A stretch of DNA of 33,081 bases, from positions 1-33,081 of the forward strand of contig JAGQLW010000014.1 in the NCBI GenBank assembly GCA_020428995.1, written 5' to 3'. This document shows, piece after piece, positions 27,077 through 33,081 of this stretch. This DNA is from Candidatus Moraniibacteriota bacterium (GTDB lineage: Bacteria > Patescibacteriota > Minisyncoccia > Moranbacterales > GCA-2747515). The position numbers and the translations under genes are program-made. How positions within the stretch are numbered: position 1 is the first letter of the stretch; the number at the start of each line of letters is the position of its first letter. The notes beneath the pieces were generated by a model. The model was given only the letters and a program-made list of their open reading frames with translations, ran no database searches and was not told where the DNA came from.

Positions 27077-27793
27077 ATGAACACGCACAAAGAGATTGAG
27101 GAAATAATCAAAAATGGTGGAATGATGGCAGTCAATAAACCCGTTGGACCATCGTCCTATGACGTGATTCGTGCAATCAAAAAGATTGCACAAAAAAAAG
27201 AAAAAATTGGACATGCCGGAACACTAGATCCATTAGCAGAAGGAGTGATAGTAGTGGCAATTAAACGAGAGTATACAAAAAAAATTGGAAGAATTACGAA
27301 CAAAGAAAAAGTATACGAAGCAGAATTTACACTAGGTCAAACAAGTGAAACAGATGATCATGAAGGGGAAAAAGTTGATACAAACAAGAGTCAGAGACGG
27401 CCAGAAAAAGATGAGATTGAACAAGTGATCTCTCAATATATTGGACATATCAATCAAACCCCGCCGGCATACAGTGCAATCAAAATCAATGGGAAGCCAT
27501 CATATAAACGAGCAAGAAAGGGAGAAGTGGTTGAGATGAAACAAAGACCTGTATGGATTAAAGAAATTGTGATCAAAGAATATAACTACCCAACATTATC
27601 ACTCACAGTCACAACAGGGCCTGGAGTGTATATTAGAGCCCTGGCAAGAGACATTGGAGAAAGTCTTAAAACGGGAGCATACATGAGCGCGCTCAAAAGA
27701 ACTCGTATAGGGGAGTACACACTAGCAGATGCCTTAGATTTTGGAAAATTAGAAAAAATGGCACAGCCAAAAGATATTGATAAAAACCAATGA
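27077..27793 (+). CDS. truB: tRNA pseudouridine(55) synthase TruB
   Basis: 238 aa. VNKPVGPSSYDV, the catalytic-Asp motif GHAGTLDPLAEGV, and QTPPAYSAIKING. Confidence 0.92.
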   Translation: MNTHKEIEEIIKNGGMMAVNKPVGPSSYDVIRAIKKIAQKKEKIGHAGTLDPLAEGVIVVAIKREYTKKIGRITNKEKVYEAEFTLGQTSETDDHEGEKVDTNKSQRRPEKDEIEQVISQYIGHINQTPPAYSAIKINGKPSYKRARKGEVVEMKQRPVWIKEIVIKEYNYPTLSLTVTTGPGVYIRALARDIGESLKTGAYMSALKRTRIGEYTLADALDFGKLEKMAQPKDIDKNQ

Positions 27794-28923
27794 CCACAAT
27801 CACAATTCAAGCAGCTGACCTGGATGCAAAACGTATTGACGGAACACGTGTATACATTCACGAAATGCTCAAGCGTTTTGGAATACTTGCGCCAGAAAAC
27901 CAATTTAATATTTATCACAGAACAACATTCAACAAAGAACTTGCGCCACCACAATATCCAAACTACACAATACATACCAAAAATGCACCATTTTCATGGA
28001 CACAAACACGCTTTTCTTATGAGTTATGGAAAAACACGCCAGACAAATTATGGATGCCAATGCATGCACTACCAATCGTACGCCCAAAAAAAATGGTCAC
28101 AATCGTCACGATTCATGATTTGGCGTTCAAGATTTATCCGGAATTATTTCCACCAAAAGATCGACACACAATCAATGCATACACCAACTATGCAGTAAAA
28201 AATGCCGACCGTCTAATTACAGTTTCCAACGCAACAAAAAATGACCTCTTAACAATGTATCCATTTCTGGAAGAATCAAGAATTACTGTGGTACATCATG
28301 GTGTGACAAAAGCAAAAAAAACCAGCTCAATAGAAAAAAAAGCACACAAGGTAATCTATAAAAAATTAGGAGTAGAAAAAGAAAAATATCTTCTTTATGT
28401 TGGAGCAATTCAACCAAGAAAAAATTTACACACGCTCATTGCTGCGTACACACAACTAAGAAAAAAATACGAATATAAATTAGTTCTTGCAGGAGAAAAG
28501 GCATGGATGTGGGAAGAAACAATTCAAGCACAACAAAACAGTAAGTACAAAGACGATATTATAATTACAGGAACAATACCTTTTGAAACCAGAGAAGCAT
28601 TATATGCCGGAGCACTGACATTTGTGTATCCATCACTATATGAAGGTTTTGGTATACCAATCATTGAAGCTTTCAGCAGGGGGGTACCTGTTGTATGTGC
28701 TCAAAATTCTTCACTGCCCGAAGTAGGCGGTGAAGCACCAGAATACTGCGACGCAAACAATGTGGAAGACATGGCTAATGCAATGGATCGTGTCATAAGC
28801 AACCTTGGCAAAAGAGAGATAATGAGCAAAAAAGGACTCGAACAGGCAAAAAAATTCTCATGGGACAACTGCGCACAAAAGACACTTCAAACAATAGAAA
28901 ATGCCCACAAAAAGAAGAGTTAA
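27790..28923 (+). CDS. Glycosyltransferase, GT4 (GT-B fold) family
   Basis: 377 aa. YVGAIQPRKN, LVLAGEK and YPSLYEGFGIPIIEAFSRGVPV (EX7E-type motif). Its start overlaps the truB stop (ATGA). Confidence 0.88.
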   Translation: MTTITIQAADLDAKRIDGTRVYIHEMLKRFGILAPENQFNIYHRTTFNKELAPPQYPNYTIHTKNAPFSWTQTRFSYELWKNTPDKLWMPMHALPIVRPKKMVTIVTIHDLAFKIYPELFPPKDRHTINAYTNYAVKNADRLITVSNATKNDLLTMYPFLEESRITVVHHGVTKAKKTSSIEKKAHKVIYKKLGVEKEKYLLYVGAIQPRKNLHTLIAAYTQLRKKYEYKLVLAGEKAWMWEETIQAQQNSKYKDDIIITGTIPFETREALYAGALTFVYPSLYEGFGIPIIEAFSRGVPVVCAQNSSLPEVGGEAPEYCDANNVEDMANAMDRVISNLGKREIMSKKGLEQAKKFSWDNCAQKTLQTIENAHKKKS

Positions 28924-29002
28924 AAAAGCCCCTAGTTTTCTAAGAAAAAACGCAGCAAACTACAAAGGACCGACAAGCGAAAGTGAAAAAGGAGAATATG
29001 TA

Positions 29003-29317
29003 ATGAATAAGCATTCAGCAGTACAATGGGTAAATGAAGAAATCCAACAGATCTTGAGAAAGAAGAGTTTCGGACCATTCGAAACAAAAGAAGAGGTTGA
29101 AAAACTGATGAAAAATCATGCCCAAAAAAAGAATGATGGAACCGTACGATTATGGGTAGTAATAATAAAACTCAAGCTTGCTTGCGGAAAATCACGGTTT
29201 TACGTCATTCCAACAACAGACGTGCCAAAATGGGAAGACTTAATTAAAAAGGAAGATAATATAAGTCTGTTTTGTATTTTTTTTCTAAAATCACTGTACC
29301 TAGAGGAGTCTAACTAG
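29003..29317 (+). CDS. Hypothetical protein
   Basis: The ORF is open from 28901, but the ATG at 29003 follows AAAGGAGAA at a suitable distance. This gives 104 aa with no recognised family. Confidence 0.5.
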   Translation: MNKHSAVQWVNEEIQQILRKKSFGPFETKEEVEKLMKNHAQKKNDGTVRLWVVIIKLKLACGKSRFYVIPTTDVPKWEDLIKKEDNISLFCIFFLKSLYLEESN

Positions 29318-29333
29318 AAAAAAGTCAAAAAAA

Positions 29334-29372
29334 ACCGTAAGGTGTGCGACGTCACATCTTACGGTTTTTCAT
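29334..29372. terminator. Strong bidirectional terminator at a convergence point
   Basis: ACCGTAAGGTGTG (29334-29346), loop CGACGT, CACATCTTACGGT (29353-29365). This is a 13-bp stem with one G-T pair, with an A run before and a T run after. It overlaps the last codons of the minus-strand ORF that ends at 29359. Confidence 0.8.
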
Positions 29373-29802
29373 TTTTTTGACAAAAAGTGGCGCCGAAATA
29401 ATCATCAAAAAACAACAAAAGAAGAACAGTTACACCCAAAGAAAGTAGGGATGCAAAGAAAAAAGAAAATTGATATGAAGAAACAAAGAGAACACAAAAC
29501 AAAAAAAGAAGCATGCTGGATTTAACAAAGACAGAATGTAATGCGAGTAAGGAATTTTTAGGTTTCTCACTACGTGAAGAAAGAAAAACAAAAGAAAAGA
29601 AAACAGCAAAAAGACAAAGAGATAAAAACCAAAACGGAACATAACGCGTCACAACCTCAGGTAAAAAAATCTCTGCGATAAGAACAGAAAAGTTGGCAAA
29701 AAGAAAAATAATCAAAAGATCGTGAAGTAACAAATGTGCAATACGGATAAAAGATTTTTTATCAAAAAAAGAAAACATAAGAAAAAATGAAAAAAATATC
29801 AA
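29359..29802 (-). CDS. Hypothetical small polytopic membrane protein (F/L-rich)
   Basis: 147-aa ORF with about four hydrophobic segments. Its start overlaps the stop of the upstream minus-strand gene by 4 nt (29799-29802). Confidence 0.6.
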   Translation of the reverse strand: MIFFSFFLMFSFFDKKSFIRIAHLLLHDLLIIFLFANFSVLIAEIFLPEVVTRYVPFWFLSLCLFAVFFSFVFLSSRSEKPKNSLLALHSVFVKSSMLLFLFCVLFVSSYQFSFFFASLLSLGVTVLLLLFFDDYFGATFCQKNEKP

Positions 29803-31127
29803 ACAGAATCACCAAAACCAAACCGTAACAATACACGTTCATAAATATCACCCAGAGCCTCACGGGCATTCTCCCAAGAAGTATCACGAGAAAACGAGAC
29901 CTTCATATGAGAAAGTGAAACATCTGCCTGAGAAAAAAATGTAAACTGATAAGTGTTTCCCAAAAAGTCTGACAATGGCACCAGAGGAACATCACAAGAA
30001 TAAGAACGTGTCACAAAAGAAAACAGATCTTTCTCAAGATCACATGATGAAAACACGTTCAAACCATCAGATGAAACAGTGATTGGGTCTCTTTCAGACA
30101 AATAGGTCTGAGCCGCCGAAGTCGTCAAGGGAAACAAAGTGTTCTCAGAAAACAAAAAGTATTCATCCGTATCATTAGTATAAAAAACAGTGCCCGATGG
30201 ATGAGGGGAAGAAAGAGTGAACAACCGCGTGCGATCATAGATACCAACATCTTCACCAGAAGCACTCAAGAGATTGTCAAACGAGTATCCCATGGATGAA
30301 AAAGTAATTGGATTATTAATAGGGTGCAAAATATTATTCTCAGTCACAAAAGCACTAATTCCATAGGAAAGAAGCGTTCCATTACTAAAACCAAGGAGGA
30401 TTGGAGACACAACGCGATCTTTCAAATCGTCAAAAGTAACAACTAGGGAAACATCATTGGAAAAATGAGAGCGATACGCCTGCTCACTAACATAAGGAAT
30501 CAGATCACCATTTTTGCCAACACGATAATACGTTTGGCCATCAAAAAGATGCATTCCTGAAACATACCCATTCTGGGAAGTAATTTTCGTGCCATACACA
30601 AATGACATCAGATCAATATCAGAAACAGACAAGAAAGAATCCTCACCATACCCAAAAGAAAGGACTGTGGAAAGAGAATCAAAAGGATAAAGAATGCCAT
30701 CAGAAAAAAGAAAATAACCACCATCAAATTTGACAAGGGAGCCATTGGAAAAAGGCGCATATTCTTCTGAGACAGGAGAAAGAAAGGACAAGAAAGATCG
30801 CCTAGTCGACACAAACAAATCAGAGGGAAGGGAACCATCACGAACAACCACCCGAACGCGTGCTGTGTGAAATTCATCAGAAACAGCGCCGTGAATCAAG
30901 AGAGCATCATTTTGAGAAATTTTTCCACTATCATCAGGAACAAACTCATTGAGTGTCTTCGGGTGAGTAAGTCCATTTTTTAAACTGTTTGGTGAGTCAA
31001 AATCAAACGTCAAAATCTCTTGCGCAAACAAAATGCGCGACAAGACAAAGCAAAAAACAAAAAAAGCCCCCAACCATAAAAGTGTACGCAGACCAGTCAA
31101 CAAAATACGAAAATTAAAATCTTGCAT
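29799..31127 (-). CDS. Hypothetical secreted or membrane-anchored protein (S/F/L/D-rich, lysine-poor)
   Basis: 442-aa uninterrupted ORF in AT-rich DNA. N-terminal hydrophobic segment LLWLGAFFVFCFVL. No family recognised. Confidence 0.8.
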   Translation of the reverse strand: MQDFNFRILLTGLRTLLWLGAFFVFCFVLSRILFAQEILTFDFDSPNSLKNGLTHPKTLNEFVPDDSGKISQNDALLIHGAVSDEFHTARVRVVVRDGSLPSDLFVSTRRSFLSFLSPVSEEYAPFSNGSLVKFDGGYFLFSDGILYPFDSLSTVLSFGYGEDSFLSVSDIDLMSFVYGTKITSQNGYVSGMHLFDGQTYYRVGKNGDLIPYVSEQAYRSHFSNDVSLVVTFDDLKDRVVSPILLGFSNGTLLSYGISAFVTENNILHPINNPITFSSMGYSFDNLLSASGEDVGIYDRTRLFTLSSPHPSGTVFYTNDTDEYFLFSENTLFPLTTSAAQTYLSERDPITVSSDGLNVFSSCDLEKDLFSFVTRSYSCDVPLVPLSDFLGNTYQFTFFSQADVSLSHMKVSFSRDTSWENAREALGDIYERVLLRFGFGDSV

Positions 31128-31142
31128 AATAATAAAGTAAAA

Positions 31143-32888
31143 TTAAAACTCTCGCTTCAATATAACATTCTCAGTCTTAACCATTTTGAAACGAGGCAAG
31201 AAGAAAAATTGCGCACTACTCTGATCAGCATCATCAATAATATTCGTTGTGACATCAAAAGAATCAACGACATGCCACGAAGAATCATTCGAAACATAAA
31301 CATCTTGTCGATTGCGTGGCACAATTAAATATACAGAAGAAAAACGATCAAACGGCACACGTAACAAATCCTCAGGATTAAAAATATACACTGCCTGCCG
31401 ATCAAAAAACGAGTGCATCGGACCAGAAATCATAGAAAAAGAATCTCCCGAAACATATTTATCAATCAGAATGACATCAGAAGAGGAGAATCGCTGTGAC
31501 AATAACTCAGTCTGATCCAAAAGAGTGGCATGTTCAGAAAAGGTAAAAAAATATACAGTGGAAGGAAGTGCGGACAAAACAAGAACAATAGACAGAGCAA
31601 TCGAAAAAATGCGCACACGAGAGAAGAGGTTGCAAACGAAATAAGTTGCATAAAAAATAAACAACGGCAAAAGAGCAAAGACATACCGACGCAACACCCA
31701 TGGATGGTCAGAAGATATCTGAGGATCAATGAGATAAATCAAAAAAGGGAGTAAAACAATAAATGGAATCAAAAGTAAAAAAGATTTTTTGCGTTGCAAA
31801 AACGCCAGCCATACACCAAAAAAACCAGTAATGAAAAAAAACAGCAAACCATAATTAAAGAAAATTACAAGACGATCTAAAAATGGTATCAAAAAATGCT
31901 CTGTCGGCGTTGAATTTTCAAAAGTGGAATAAGACACACCAATACCCAAAAATGCTTTAATAATTGTCTTATAAAAAGGTATCGCGGTCTCAAACGTAAA
32001 AGCAAAAAGGAAAACCAAAATCAGAAGTGGTAAAATCAAATAGACAAAAGGATTACGAAGAAAGAAAGAAGCTTTCTTAGAGATAAAAAACAAGACACCC
32101 AGACCAAACACAAAAAGAGCAATACCCTCAATACGAGCAAAAACAAGAAGTCCAGAGGAAAAAAGAAACAACCAATAATAACTCCTGTATCCATTGCGTG
32201 CAAAAAGAATGAGTGACAGAATGCTAACCCACACCAAAAACAACGCAAAATTTTCACTTAGTGTAAATCCAAAAAACCATGAAAAACTAAAAGATGAAAC
32301 AACAAACAAAACACCTAGCCACGCACTAATGCGACAGGGAAGTAGTGCGCGTCCAAGAAGAAAAAATGATACAAGAAAAAGAAAGAAAAATACGGCGTTT
32401 GCCAAGGTAAAACCAAAAATACCAAACAAGGAAAAAAATACACCAAGCCACGCAATATAGGGAATGGGGAATTGAGGAACCAAACCACCAGAATCATTAT
32501 AAAAAAAACCAGGAAAATTCAGCGCCTTGCCTGATCCATAGAAAGAAAAAAAAGATTCAACAACAGGACCATTGGAGACAAGTGAGCCATTCTGAGACAA
32601 GAGAATAGCAGCTGTAGACAAAGATCCTTCGTCTCGTCCGGTAAAAACTGTGGGGGTGACAAAAAGACTCAAAACAATCACAAAAGAAAAAGCAAGGACA
32701 CAAAACAAGAGAAGCTCTCGATCAAGAAATAATAATCGCCAACCCTTCCTTACAAACAAAAACAACAAAAGTGCACATATACCGAAAAACAAATATGCGC
32801 CAAAAATCCAAGACAAAAAAACCCCTGTAACAGAAAGTAAGTAGGCAAGCCAAGCGAAGCCAACCCAAAAAGAAAAGAGATAAATCAT
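31143..32888 (-). CDS. Polytopic membrane protein, possibly a GT-C fold glycosyltransferase (ArnT/PMT-like)
   Basis: 581-aa ORF with many hydrophobic segments. FTGRDEGSLSTAA follows an early TM, resembling the acidic first-loop motif of GT-C enzymes. The C-terminal ~130 aa look soluble. The functional call is inference. Confidence 0.8.
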   Translation of the reverse strand: MIYLFSFWVGFAWLAYLLSVTGVFLSWIFGAYLFFGICALLLFLFVRKGWRLLFLDRELLLFCVLAFSFVIVLSLFVTPTVFTGRDEGSLSTAAILLSQNGSLVSNGPVVESFFSFYGSGKALNFPGFFYNDSGGLVPQFPIPYIAWLGVFFSLFGIFGFTLANAVFFFLFLVSFFLLGRALLPCRISAWLGVLFVVSSFSFSWFFGFTLSENFALFLVWVSILSLILFARNGYRSYYWLFLFSSGLLVFARIEGIALFVFGLGVLFFISKKASFFLRNPFVYLILPLLILVFLFAFTFETAIPFYKTIIKAFLGIGVSYSTFENSTPTEHFLIPFLDRLVIFFNYGLLFFFITGFFGVWLAFLQRKKSFLLLIPFIVLLPFLIYLIDPQISSDHPWVLRRYVFALLPLFIFYATYFVCNLFSRVRIFSIALSIVLVLSALPSTVYFFTFSEHATLLDQTELLSQRFSSSDVILIDKYVSGDSFSMISGPMHSFFDRQAVYIFNPEDLLRVPFDRFSSVYLIVPRNRQDVYVSNDSSWHVVDSFDVTTNIIDDADQSSAQFFFLPRFKMVKTENVILKREF

Positions 32889-32983
32889 ATATCTTAATTA
32901 TGCACTATTTTACACCAAAGTGTCCACATAAAACACAAAGGCTTATATTGTATAAAAACCAACAGCCGCACACAAGGCATTTT

Positions 32984-33025
32984 GGAGAAAAAACAAAATT
33001 CAATGACTCAGGCGCCTGAGTCATT
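32984..33025 (-). terminator. Rho-independent terminator for a minus-strand gene lying beyond the right edge
   Basis: Perfect 24-nt palindrome AATGACTCAGGC|GCCTGAGTCATT (33002-33025). On the minus strand it is followed by GAATTTTGTTTTTTCTCC (33001-32984). Confidence 0.6.
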
Positions 33026-33081
33026 GCAAAAACATGTTTCACCTAACCACTTCTGCCCCTTTTCCTGTATTAAGAATTAAC

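Noticed and set aside
1-33081. Alternative genetic code with UGA recoded, as in some CPR lineages
   Set aside because: All recognised genes are full length under the standard code, and several end at TGA (rmlA, truB, rpmA). No housekeeping gene is split by an in-frame TGA.
1-33081. CRISPR arrays, tRNA or rRNA genes, transposases, integrases, phage genes, toxin-antitoxin pairs or other defence systems
   Set aside because: I found no regularly spaced repeats, no cloverleaf-compatible intergenic segments, and no recombinase or defence-type motifs in any ORF. Absence was judged by eye only.

Overview
This is a gene-dense, low-GC, A-rich window with 35 credible CDS, 31 on the + strand and 4 on the - strand. 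Almost all are housekeeping genes. The gene content and style suggest a reduced-genome bacterium of the Patescibacteria/CPR type: a DUF4012 protein, an archaeal-type UMP kinase, short intergenic spacers, many small unknown membrane proteins, and TAA-dominated stops with the standard code. That taxonomic call is inference only.

Recognisable blocks, in order:
- A dTDP-rhamnose/UDP-glucose block: rmlC, two unknown genes, rmlB, rmlD, glyA, rmlA, galU.
- rplI, pyrG and rpmA.
- pyrH, a BNR lipoprotein, frr and rseP.
- A CIRCE-controlled dnaJ.
- An orphan response regulator, then recJ and rnhA.
- mreB, mreC, mreD and mrdA.
- greA, a DUF2177 protein, truB and a GT4 glycosyltransferase.
- A convergent minus-strand trio: a small membrane protein, a secreted protein, and a GT-C-like polytopic membrane protein.

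I saw no rRNA, tRNA, CRISPR array, transposase or integrase.

The parts least explained by known families are:
1. A GC-rich, ORF-free island at about 70-300 that looks like a structured RNA but that I could not assign to a class.
2. The compositionally extreme minus-strand envelope module at 29359-32888.
3. Two unknown genes wedged inside the rhamnose operon.
4. A four-cysteine insertion in RmlD.

I found no compelling evidence for a defence or mobile system. All family assignments come from motif recognition by eye, not from searches.
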